Assembly: GCF_037042905.1 (NCBI RefSeq)
Contig: NC_087251.1
Location: 29,514,001 to 29,578,000 of the forward strand
Length of the DNA: 64,000 nt
Direction: 5' to 3'
From: Lytechinus pictus
Lineage: Eukaryota
Shown here: one piece after another, positions 50,701 through 61,578 of the stretch
Layout: the number at the start of each line of letters is the position of its first letter
How positions within the stretch are numbered: the stretch's first letter is position 1
Notes under the pieces: generated by a model
Told to the model about the DNA's origin: nothing
Database searches by the model: none
Seen by the model: the letters and a program-made list of their open reading frames with translations, nothing else
Position numbers and translations under genes: made by a program

Positions 50701-53358
50701 TCTTTCATGTTGAATGTAATCAAGGGAATATTTTACCACAAAATAACCCTCAAAGCAGGTAACATAGAACACAGAATATATGCTCATCAACATACGACTC
50801 GTCTCATTGTGAACGAAATATTAATCTCCAGAAAGCAAGAATCTACTGAGGAAATAACAGTCTCTTTGACTCACAAGTTCAACCCAAAGAGTGATGATGT
50901 TAGATTACAGGTGGTAGCTCCCAAGACAGAAGGTGATCCATGGTTCTCAAGTGGGAGTACAATTACTTCTGAAACACCTACAAGTTCAACTTCACAACTT
51001 TATATGTATTGGGATGATGTGCCTAGAACCCTTACATTGGTGTCAGGTGCTGATTCTCAAGTGTGGACATTTCTTTTTGCAATATCTGGAAGGAAATCTG
51101 AAGCCTTGCTGTCACTGATAGCAGGATGGGAGTTGAGGGATGCAGGGATGCTCTGTCAGATGCATGAGCATGCCTGGCAACAAAAATGGAAGGATGGGAA
51201 GATTGATCTAGATGGAACCAACCTGGAACTGGCCAAAGCTATCTATGGTAGTATGTATTATATTACAAGCTCTCTACCTCCTCAAGGAAATGATGTTCAA
51301 TTTCCATTCCATTTTTATGGCATCAGTCCCGGAGATTTGGCTCATGGGGGACGTGATCCTGATGGTTATAAAGGACACGTTTTCTGGGATCAGGAGACGT
51401 GGATGTTCCCACCAATACTGATGTTCCATCCAAATGTTGCACTCGAAATGTTGAAGTCTAGATCTCACCACCTGCAGGCAGCTAAGGACAATGCTGCCAA
51501 GAATGGCTACAGAGGTGCACAGTATCCCTGGGAGATGGCATTTACAGGTGTGGAAGTCTGTCCTGCTACACCGTACCTACCAACGAACTTCACATCAGTG
51601 GAGACATTGCTTTTGCTGTGCAGCAACACTTGTGGGCAACCAATGATACAACATTCCTTGAGGACCACGATGGATTTGAGATGATCAAGAGTATTGCAGA
51701 ATTCTGGGAGAGCAAGGTGGAGTACAACCAAACGTTGGAAGCATACACAATTAGCAATGTCATGCCACCAGATGAATATCATGAAAGTGTCAATAACTCT
51801 GTCTTTACCAACACTATTGCCCAAATAAGTCTCAGACTACCAGCGTATGCTGCTTCATTGATTAACAAGTCAGTTCCTGCAGAATGGGCAGACATTGCAG
51901 ATAACATGTTCATTCCCTTTGATCATAAGCTACAGTATCACCCAGAGTTTGAAGGCTACACTCCTGGAACCATTGTCAAACAAGCAGATGCCATCCTGCT
52001 TGGATACCCATTGATGGCCAATATGACAGCAGCCACCAGGCGGAATGATCTTGAGATCTATGAGACCTATGAAGGAGCCAATGTAACCGATCCTGATGGG
52101 CCTGCAATGACTTGGGGAATGTTTGCCATTGGCTGGTTTGAAATGAAAAACCTGTCCAAAGCTGAAAAATTTATTGCTCGCAGCTATGCCAATATCCAAG
52201 AACCATTTAAAATTTGGACAGAAACAGCCACAGGGGCAGGTGCTGTTAACTTTGTCACTGGAATGGGAGGATTCCTTCAGGCCATTGTCTTTGGTTATGG
52301 TGGAATACGACTACAAAGAAACAGTCTCCTTGTTGACATCACACTTCCTGCAAACACAGATACTATAACCTTTAGAGGTCTCAACTATTTGGGAAACTCC
52401 CTATGCATCTGTGGGAAAAATGACACTGTTCATGTCACTGTCCTTGACAGGAATAACCTTTCCTTCCATGCTGATCTGCAACTTGTTCAGGGATCTCATG
52501 TTATACCGTTATATCTCAAAACTACAGTTACTGTTCCTCGTTTTACATTCAGCATAGAACCAACACACTAGTAGATATTAGAGGTACATTGTCTCATTTA
52601 GTATAAACTTATGCAGTTTCTATTTATGCATGCATATACACATAAGATATGGTCAGATTGGTGGAAATGAACTAATTGTTTTTTCTTTAACCTTCAAACT
52701 ATATTATCTTGTTGTCAATAAACACCTTTCAACTGCAGCTACTCATTACACTCACTAAATTGGTAATGCAAGACAATAATATAATATGCAATACTAAATT
52801 AGAATTATAGAACCACATTTTTCTAAATTGCAAGTGAATCATATTTCTCAAAATGTGTTATAAATCCATATTTATTTTCTTCTAAACTATGTAAAGAGTT
52901 TTTTTTTAAACACAAATGATTTATGTGCAATAATAATGATTCAAAAGAACCTCCCTGGTTTTTCCTATTTTATGGTCAATTGAATGAGAGTAACATAAAA
53001 TTTATTATTTTCTTTGCCCAAAGTAATTCCATTTTGATAGTTTTCATTATGTTTGCTGCATAATGTTCAAAGGTATGTTTATGAAAGATTTCCTTTGTGA
53101 ACGCTTATTACTTCTAAACTTGTTATATGAATAAGGCCCTTTTTTCAAAAATGCATTTGATGAAATAATACTATTTTGATATATTATGTTTTTGTCAGAA
53201 CCTACACGTATGTGCTTTCAATTTGCACTTTGATGTTGATTTTACATTTTGTTTTGTCTTTCTTTTTTTCTCTTTTTCTACTGCAGCATTTTGAATTACG
53301 GGACTTGGATGAGTTCACAGAGGAGTGGATGCAAAAAAAACTGAAATTTTTTAGATGA
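44648..53358 (+). CDS. GMF: Glia maturation factor (ADF-H family, Arp2/3 debranching factor), spliced: join(ATG exon unlocated, 44648-44744, 46415-46464, 48176-48308, 49330-49403, 53287-53358)
   Basis: Spliced translation (M)AANLKVCDIDESLIPLFKKFRYRKDTNNAAIVMKIDKSKLLVVLDDEYEDMTPDELRAELPEHQPRYVLYSYCYHHDDGRISYPQVYVHIHPEGCQPELSMMYSGSNNYVVQAIGVTKHFELRDLDEFTEEWMQKKLKFFR* is colinear with vertebrate GMFB/GMFG. All introns are GT-AG with compatible phases. The protein is 142 aa if exon 1 contributes only ATG. Confidence 0.95.
45314..45516. repeat. Intronic near-perfect inverted repeat (~75-bp arms) with an internally duplicated arm segment
   Basis: TTAGTATTACTGATGACAGTCCAGAAATCAAAATTGTAAAGTCCTTC...TTTGGCCA and its reverse complement. 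ATGGCCAAATTTTACTTTCTGGAGCT(A/T)AGAAGGACTT occurs twice in tandem. Confidence 0.9.
46415..46464 (+). CDS. GMF: GMF coding exon 3 (50 nt)
   Basis: TACAG|TG AAG ATA GAC...; (M)KIDKSKLLVVLDDEYE; donor GAG|GTAAGA. Confidence 0.93.
46479..47589. mobile_element. Composite MITE in a GMF intron
   Basis: TIRs CAGACCTGCCAAC / GTTGGCAAGTCTG with subterminal AATACTGA repeats. A hAT-like end CAGGGGTTCTCAAAC is nested at ~46602. No clear TSD. Confidence 0.6.
48176..48308 (+). CDS. GMF: GMF coding exon 4 (133 nt)
   Basis: TTTTTAG|GAT ATG ACC...; DMTPDELRAELPEHQPRYVLYSYCYHHDDGRISYPQVYVHIHPE; donor AAG|GTGTGT, phase 1. Confidence 0.95.
49330..49403 (+). CDS. GMF: GMF coding exon 5 (74 nt)
   Basis: TTTAG|GT TGC CAA...; (G)CQPELSMMYSGSNNYVVQAIGVTK; donor AAG|GTATGT, phase 0. 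Confidence 0.93.
50368..52571 (+). CDS. PGGHG: Intronless glycoside hydrolase family 65 gene, protein-glucosylgalactosylhydroxylysine glucosidase (PGGHG/ATHL1)-like; one 1-nt frameshift near 51577 (pseudogene, null allele or sequence error)
   Basis: GH65 motifs IGNGYL, YKGHVFWDQETWMFP, GAQYPWE, (NE)LHISGDIAFA, MPPDEY, NNSVFTN, VKQADAILLGYP, DGPAMTW and NFVTGMGGFLQ are spread over two overlapping ORFs. About 734 aa when one base is restored. Hydrophobic N-terminus. Confidence 0.9.
52717..52722 (+). terminator. Candidate polyadenylation signal for the nested PGGHG transcript
   Basis: AATAAA about 145 nt after the PGGHG stop and upstream of the GMF last-exon acceptor. Confidence 0.4.
53287..53358 (+). 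CDS. GMF: GMF last coding exon (72 nt including stop)
   Basis: Long polypyrimidine tract + CTGCAG|; HFELRDLDEFTEEWMQKKLKFFR* matches the GMF C-terminus (FEIRxxxDLTEEWLxEKLxFF). Confidence 0.95.
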   Translation, partial: HFELRDLDEFTEEWMQKKLKFFR

Positions 53359-54136
53359 ATACAAGGAATTTCACTTTCTTAGTAGTCAATGCAGTTTATG
53401 TTTCTTGATATCTATTTAGCCAGGTCAAACATTGATAATATATAGTACACATTTTTTATCATGAAAAACTCTCAAGAAAAAACATAGTTGTCCTCGTGGA
53501 ATTAAGAAATACCCATGAACAACTTAATTGAAGATATCATGGTATGTGATATTGATAATATTGTATATTTCAAAAAAGTAGCATAAAAATAAAAAAAATA
53601 TGTTTATGCAAGTGAGAATGTAATATATATGTTGTCACTCTTCATTGTATGTACTCATGTGAATCAGATTGAATCTTCGGCAATAATGATGGAAATATAA
53701 AGCAATTTCATCACAGAATATCAACCAGTTTTCTGATCATCGTGCGCTGTTCATGGCGTTAATATTTTGGCCAAATCAGTGCCTGATAAACATAATGCTT
53801 GATTTCCATTGATGACATTTGATCTATTTCCCTCATTAAAGTCCATATATATTGTTCACAAATTTTTAGATTTCAAGGATAAATCAGGACAGTGACTATT
53901 AATATTTTGGAGAGCTGTAGCTTCAGCATATAAGTTAGTAGTTTGCTACTGTATGCTGAATTTGTGTGTTTCTGCACATAGATCAGAAGTGCAAACAAAA
54001 TGAATTGCAGTTTGGGTCACGGTAAGTTGGTATAATGTATGCAATTTTAATCACTGAATGCTGAGCATATTTCTTTTCTTTTCGTGAATTGATGAAAAAT
54101 CTTGGCTTGCCGAGAAGAGGTCACAACAGCAGCCTG

Positions 54137-54397
54137 GATCCCATCTTACAGAGAGTTGTGACTGATCTGATCAACCTCAAATATATGGAAATCCGTCAAT
54201 GTCATAATTTTTCCTACAGGAAATTTGTACAATATCTTTTGGTAAACAAAAATTAGCACACTGAATTCTCAAGACAACAAGGAATGTATGAGTGTTCATC
54301 ATCATCTAGAAAACAGTTTGAACAAACAAGCATTTTAGATGTTGCTTGCTTTCCATAGTTGTGGTTGATCAAGATCAATCACAACTCCTTGTAAGAC
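54137..54397. mobile_element. Degenerate MITE downstream of the GMF stop
   Basis: TCTTACAGAGAGTTGTGACTGATC is mirrored by GATCAATCACAACTCCTTGTAAGA. Confidence 0.55.
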
Positions 54398-57088
54398 AAT
54401 ACCATGATACCATGGCAACAGGACCACCACTAATGTTGAGCCTTGCCATTGATCGCAACTGTAACTATAGTGTTACAACACTGAAGTTCATATAGGTCAG
54501 GAAATTACTGGAATATTCAAGAAATGTCAGGGAAAGTCAATGAGTTTGTGACTTTCGGAAAATTGTGAAAACTAATGTATAAAAACAGGTTTGTTTTGCA
54601 CAGTTCCTTGGCACTCAGGTTGTCTTTGTTCCTCCAGCATACTCTATTTACTTCTTACTAAAACAGCACACACAATCAATGACGCAGTCAGGGAATTCAG
54701 AAAATGTACAAGTGTATAAACCCTGTATTTATCACTTTTACCTCTAAGATATTGGATGACTACATTTTTGTTGTAGTAAGAATATTCTTTGTCATGGAAG
54801 AAACTTTGATATTCAAATTTGATTTATCTTTCGTTATTTATTCTTGCATCCAATTCTAGTTCAGCATTATTTGTGTAAATTTATTAGGTTTTTATAAGCT
54901 TAGATAGTCAGTTTTGCTATTATTGAAATAATGATTTAGAGTAGCAAAAACATTTCTACGTATAGTCTTATTTGTGCACAAAGGAGTCACTTTCAAATTC
55001 AGTATGTCTCTTGAACATATTGATTTTATTACATGTTGCTGTAAGAGCATGTATGTGTGTGTGTTTAAGTGATTTATAAGTGCAAATGATAAAATATTTT
55101 TTCAATATTTCCCTCCTATTATAGTTTCATGTAAGGACAATTTCTCTACATATTTGTTTGCCAAGAACGTCACATTTTCAGACAATCTTGATCTAGGATT
55201 ACTATTTTATCTTGCCCATACTATTTTTAAGTCTGTACTGGCTTTGTACACAGTATATACAGGAATTACTTGTACGCTACATTAATAACAACACTGTAAA
55301 AGGAGCAGATGAATTATGCTGGAAGTCCAAATTGCCAACCCAGGTATCACATCATCCAAAGAGAAAGAGAAAAATATATATGGCTTTGTTTTTCACCTAG
55401 TTGCTAATTGTGATGAGTCATGGATCAATGAATAATAAATCATTAAGAGCAATCATGCATATTTTCAGACCTTCCTGTGGTCATTAAAGGGTAACTCACC
55501 ATGATCAGGACTAATTTCATATTTATTTATCGAGAGAAGAGATGATATGCTCTTATTTGATATAAAATTCTGATACTTCCTGTTTTATTCATTCAGCCAG
55601 GAAATGAAATATGAATAATTGATCTAATTGCACCCCTTTTTCAGAAGTCAAAGAGGCAACAGCAGTCATGCATTCATTTGTCTAAAATTGTTTGCAAAGT
55701 GTGTTATACTGATTAAAATACTCAGATTTGTATATCAAAAGAAGGCACTTCATCTCCTCTCTCAGAAGAAAAAAATATGAAATTAGACATGAACATGGAA
55801 GCAAAGCATGATCACAGCCAGGTATAAAGATTTGCATTATTGCATATAATCATCCATACTTGACTGCTCATAATTTGGAAGTAGGTGTAAAACAAAGGCT
55901 ATGCTTTTCATTCATATGTTATGAAATTTATACACTGTGATTGCTAGATCAGAGGTTTTTTTTTCATTTCCAGCAAAGCTCATCTTCTTTTTCAGTGTTA
56001 TCTTTTTACACTGTTTTAATTTACAGTGTACAAATAACTCATTGCTATTGTTTTATTCAGAGGTGTGAAAATTGTTAAAATCAAATAACAAAGGGCCATG
56101 GTGATCAAGTGCTGCATTTCTAAATATTTTACAATTGTAATAATGAGTGATATCTTTACTAATTACAGTTTAACAATATTGATATTGACAGGAAATTATA
56201 CAGTTTACTTATCTATGATACTGTACTGATGTTCTCACTTAGCATTTTGCATACTATTATTTTAAACATTAATCATCCTACAACAGAAAGACACAATATT
56301 TGGGGGCCTTTGATAAATCTGTTCATAAATCCATTCATGCCATCATCTCAATATATTTTGTTTTTGCCATAGGCATACATCATTAATTGCAATAAATCTG
56401 TTCTCTGAATATTTCAACTTAATGGAATTTTGCTTAATCTAAAAACCCCATTAAGTTAATCCTATTCCATTTGAAATGTGGGCTGGTACTAATTAACTTC
56501 CTACTGTGTATGCTGTTGTTCACATCATCATATAGTGATGTAATGCTGTGATTTTATCTATTATTGAGAACTAAAATTGTATTTAAAAGGTTTCCTGACA
56601 CTTGACACGGCTGTCTCTATTAGGACATATTTCTTAGTTCTTTTAAAGTCTTCCACTATTCTACTTTCATCTTTCTACTTCAGGTTCTTCATCACATTAA
56701 TGACTTTCAACTTTTGTATGCTCCAAACAAGCTAACGTTATAGAATTATTATGTGAAATATCAGATTGTGTTTGATAAAAGAGGTCAGTATGCGTATGTG
56801 TATTTCATACTCCTGATATGACTAACAGTTGTATTTGATTGAGTTAGTATACTTGTACATTATGCACGAATACCATTTTTTGAAATTTTTTTATGATTAA
56901 ATATGATGGATAATCATGTTTTGAAATGTATTTTAGATCGTTTAATGATGTATTAATAACTTTTAAATAAAGTTTGGTATTGCAGGTCTGGGAAGACATA
57001 TTTTTGTTCACATTTATATCATATTCTTATTCAACTATATCCCCCGTTTGGCAATGCTGTTCAAGTTATGATCATATCAAGAGACTAA

Positions 57089-57388
57089 GGTCCAAATTCC
57101 CAAAGGTGGTTTTTAAAGCCATCGGTTGAACCCATGGTTTATGCAGATTTCCTGTATAAATTACACTTATTTTTAGTCATTAAACCACTGTTTGAAGAGT
57201 GGACTCATGAATAAAATAGCGTAGATAACCACGGCAACAGGCGTCAATTGGTGCACTGTGACAAAAGCGTGCATCAGCATTGGATATCTTTTAATATTTG
57301 TGGTAAATAAGCGTAATTTATACAGGAAATGTGCATAAACCATGGACTCAACCATGGGTTTTCAAAACCTCCTTTGTGAATTTGGGCC
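57089..57388. mobile_element. PIF/Harbinger-type MITE with TAA TSD
   Basis: TAA|GGTCCAAATTCCCAAAGGTGGTTTT ... AAAACCTCCTTTGTGAATTTGGGCC|TAA, with extended subterminal inverted symmetry. Confidence 0.85.
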
Positions 57389-57581
57389 TAAGGGGCTTCT
57401 GGATATATGAAACTTAGTAAATAGTGGCATGGTGCATCCTGTCAATATAACATTATTTGTGCCATTGGAGAACATTGGTAATATTGACCAAACTAATAAG
57501 ATAATTTTTTACCAGAGTTGAAGATGAGTGCAATATTGACTTTGTACATTCAAAATTTCTGATGGGTGTATATTCCCATCA

Positions 57582-57775
57582 TTGGAGGGGCATGCCACAT
57601 TCTAATCAAACAAAAAGATTGGAGGGGCAAGTCACATTCTAATCAAACACAAAGATTGGAGGGGCAAGTCACATTCTAATCAAACAAAAAGTTTGGAGGG
57701 GCAAGTCACATTCTGATCAAACAAAAAGTTTGGAGGGGCAAGTCACATTCTGATCAAACAGAAGTTTGGATGGGC
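57582..57775. repeat. 37-bp minisatellite, about 5 copies
   Basis: TTGGAGGGGCAAGTCACATTCT(A/G)ATCAAACAAAAAG(A/T) units start at 57582, 57619, 57656, 57693 and 57730. Confidence 0.95.
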
Positions 57776-58679
57776 GAGCCATAGAGCTATGTGGTATGCC
57801 TGGGGACACTGGGAATGGGTAGAATATTGAAATATTTCCTCGCCCAATCATTGTAAATTATCATTGAGGAACTGGGGCTATGATTTATAATTAATTTATC
57901 ATTATGGCAAATAATGATTCACCATAATATGTATACGTTTTCTATCTGTTCATATTTATGTGATCTCAATCCAATCAATTTTCTCAGAATGAACATTGTG
58001 ATAGAATTATAAATCAATTATGTAAAATAATGTAAGTTGAAAAACTTAATATTTTGGCTAATTAGCTCCATTGATATCATGATTACGTTCAATTTCTTTA
58101 ATCCACACATAGCTTCTATTTGTTTAAATTTTCAAGTAATATTTTTGGTGAAATGATGGTTCTTCAAAAGGATCCTCATATTTGTCATAAGCATGTTGGG
58201 AATCTTATAAAGAAAAGAGACCAAATGGAATTCAAGATAATACTATTGGTGTGCTATTTGAGGCTTACTTTCTTTATATTTACATCCTTGAAAACGAATG
58301 GAAATTAATGTGACCAACTTTTTGAGAAAACAAGATTTGCAAATGAACTAAATTGTGTTTTTGATTTTTTCAGTGTAATCCTCATAATATTATGTTGCTC
58401 AAGTGTCATCTAAACATTTCTATTTGATAATTAGTAAAGTATTCGTTAATAATTGCAATAATCACATACATAGACGTGGTACATGATTCTCCTTGGATTT
58501 TTCACTGATTAGATGGCTAAGGCATTGGAATTGTGTATTTAAATCCTGCTGTAAAAATTATTGTAGATTTAAATTTGATATTTAATCATTCAATTGGGAC
58601 ATATTGGTAAACAGCATTTTGTACACTAATAAAGATTTCGAAGAAATATACTCCTGGCTTAAGTCACTTGACATAGTTT

Positions 58680-59816
58680 TTGTCTCACCTGCATAGCAGA
58701 GTGAGACTATAGGCGCCGCTTTTCCGACGGCGGCGGCGACGGCGGCGGCGACGGCGACGGCGACGGCGGCGGCGGCGTCAACACCAAATCTTAACCTGAG
58801 GTTAAGTTTTTGAAATGACAGCATAACTTAATATGTATATGGACCTAGTTCATGAAACTTGGCCATAAGGTTAATCAAGTATTACTGAACATCCTGCATG
58901 AGTTTCACGTCACATGACCAAGGTCAATGGTCATTTAGGGTCAATGAACTTAGACCATGTTGGGGGAATCAACATCAAAATCTTAACCTAAGGTTAAGTT
59001 TTTGAAATGTCATCATAACTTAGAAAATATATGGACCTAGTTCATGAAACTTATACATAAGGTTAATCAAGTATCACTGAACATCCTGCATGAGTTTCAC
59101 GTCACATGACCAAGGTCAATGGTCATTTAGGGTCAATGAACTTTGGCCGAATTGGGGGTATCTGTAGATTTACCATCATAACTTTAAAAGTTTATGGATC
59201 TGATTCATGAAACTTAGACATAATAGTAATCAAGTATTACTGAACATCCTGTGCAAGTTTCAGGTCACATGATCAAGGTCAAAGGTCATTTAGGGTCAAT
59301 GAACTTTGGTCAAATTGGGGTATTTGTTGAATTACCGCCATAACTTTGAAAGTGTGTTGGTCTAGTTCATAAAACTTGGACATAAGAGTAATCAAGTATC
59401 ACTGAACATCCTTTGCGCATTTTAGGTCACATGACCAAGGTCAAAGGTCAATGAACTTTGGCTTAATGGGGGTATCTGTTGAATTACCATCTTAACTTGG
59501 AAAGTTGATGGATCTTTCTCTTGAAACTTGGACATAAGAGTAATCAAGTATCACTGAACATCCTGTACGAGTTTCAGGTCACATGATCAAGGTCAAAGGT
59601 CATGTAAGGTCAATGAACTTTGGCCACGTTGGGGGTATTTGTTGAATTACCATCATATCTCTATAAGTGTATGGGTCTAGTTCATAAAACGTAGAAATAA
59701 GAGTAACCAAGTATCACTGAACATCTTGTGCGAGTTATAGTAGTTTTCAAAATCAGCACTGCTGCTATATTGAATCGCGTGATGCAGGTGAGACGGCCAG
59801 AGGCATTCATCTTGTT
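58680..59816 (+). mobile_element. HINE/Helentron-associated element, copy 2
   Basis: Same architecture as 30279-31618: T-run, GTCTCACCTGCA subTIR, expanded (GGC/GAC)n, ~163-bp tandem units, TGCAGGTGAGAC, CTTGTT end. Confidence 0.85.
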
Positions 59817-61317
59817 TGTTGTTGATTTTGCATTCTTCATCTTTTTTTTTTTTTTTTTGAATGAGAAGTGGATAATGAAAGGTAATAAGAGCGAGGGGTG
59901 ATTATAGGGGGGGGGGGGGCTATAGAGAGGGAGAGAGAGATAAAGGGTGAAGATATACTTGCATTATCGGCATTAGTTATGCATTTCTTCTTTTATCTGT
60001 TTTGAAAGAGGCAAGAGATGTGCATTATGCATTACATTACATTTCTTTAGGCTTTGATATTCATTCCATATCAAACTCTAGTATAATTAGGCAAATGTAA
60101 AACACTGTCATGCTTTGCTGATTATGAATGGAGATTGTCAGTTTAAATAAAATAACAATGAATATAGGTACTAATAATTGATGTAGACATATACGTTTTA
60201 AATGTATTTCTATTGGTTCAATATGTTTTGGGGTGAGATTTGCTGAATGCTAGCTCGTAATTATTTTTTTTGGGCAAAATATTAATGTCACATACTATAC
60301 ATGTCATCTACAGACGTAAATACGATAAACAATGGCACTTATTAATATTGACATGGTTCAAATAAGAAGGGGCCGTGGACTGATCATTGGAGCACACCTT
60401 TATCGACAATAAAATAGGATTTATAGTAGACACAATACGATAAACAAGTCATGAGTCAAAATGTGTACCACTAGCAGTAATACTGATAGCTAGCCATCAA
60501 CTTTCGACAAAAACCTCTCAGCTGTCCACTGTGATTTGACTTGATTTTTTTAAAAATAGATTTCCCACATCGCAGAATCTGTCCCTGTTGCAATTGCAAA
60601 ATCCCTATAGCTCACCAGGCTAGATCCCATTAAAAAAAATTCTTATCTTTTAAGAGCGAGAAAATAGCCACATTCTTATTTTGGTTATGGTTGGGGCAGG
60701 CAATACAGCATTGAAAGAGACCGTATTATTTAACATCGGCGAACTTAATGACTCTCAAACTTCATTCTTTCTCATTTTTGTCCTTTTCTTTTAACTTATA
60801 TTTCCACCTGATCTTATAATGCATATTTCCCTTTCATTTTTTTACTAACTAATTCTCATATAGACTTTAAGCCCATTCAACTCCACTTTTTTCACTTTTG
60901 TCATTTTCTTTTGAATTATATTTCCGCCTGATCTTATAATGCATATTTCCTTTTCCTTTTTTATTTTTGCTTTCCCTTTTTACTAGCTAATTCTCATTGG
61001 CTTAGGCTCATTCAACTTCATTCTTTCTCATTTTTGTCCCTTCTTGAATTTTTTATTTATTTTTTAGTTCCATGTATTTTTTCTTTTCATTTCCATGTTT
61101 GTTTTGTTGCCTCTTCTTTAATCACTTGCTATTCATGACGGATTTAGCCCAATCATTTGACCTCTTTCACGAATGATTACAACACCCCAGCCCCCCCCCC
61201 CCCTCATATCCGCGCCCCAATCTCATTCTAATACGGGCCTTCAAAAAAAAACAACCACGTTCTGATAAGGCGAGGGAATCAATATTGCCTCGCATCTTCG
61301 CTTGATCGAACTAGTCT

Positions 61318-61325
61318 TGACGTCA
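61318..61325. promoter_or_regulatory. CRE palindrome TGACGTCA upstream of a probable first exon
   Basis: Perfect TGACGTCA in a CpG-enriched patch about 115 bp upstream of the ATG at 61440. Confidence 0.4.
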
Positions 61326-61439
61326 CAATTAGATCGGAGACAGCAGCGCATCAAACCACAAAGATATAGCCTGATCGAACGACGACGAAGAGTTTTCTTT
61401 TGATTTTTCCTTGAAGTCGACAACGTTCTCATTGTCGAG

Positions 61440-61578
61440 ATGGAGAACAACGGCTTTGATACTTTGGAAATGAAGGAGACTTCTAAGAAGATGGAAGCAG
61501 GGGAAGGGGTTTCTGAGGTGAATGAGGTTGAACGAGGGACTCCAAGTAGGCCTCAGCTCAGCTCAAGACCTTACGCAG
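61440..61578 (+). CDS. Probable first coding exon of an unidentified gene (MENNGFDTLEMKETSKKMEAGEGVSEVNEVERGTPSRPQLSSRPYA...)
   Basis: GAGATGG Kozak context, purine-rich open frame of 46 codons + 1 nt, strong donor CAG|GTATGT, CpG-rich 5' leader. No family recognised and no further exon identified in the window. Confidence 0.6.

Noticed and set aside
51560..51620. Small intron explaining the PGGHG frame change
   Set aside because: The protein alignment is continuous across the site, and no GT..AG pair of plausible size and phase removes the shift.
50563..52368. Short alternative-frame and antisense ORFs over the PGGHG gene
   Set aside because: Shadow ORFs of a real coding sequence, with no independent evidence.
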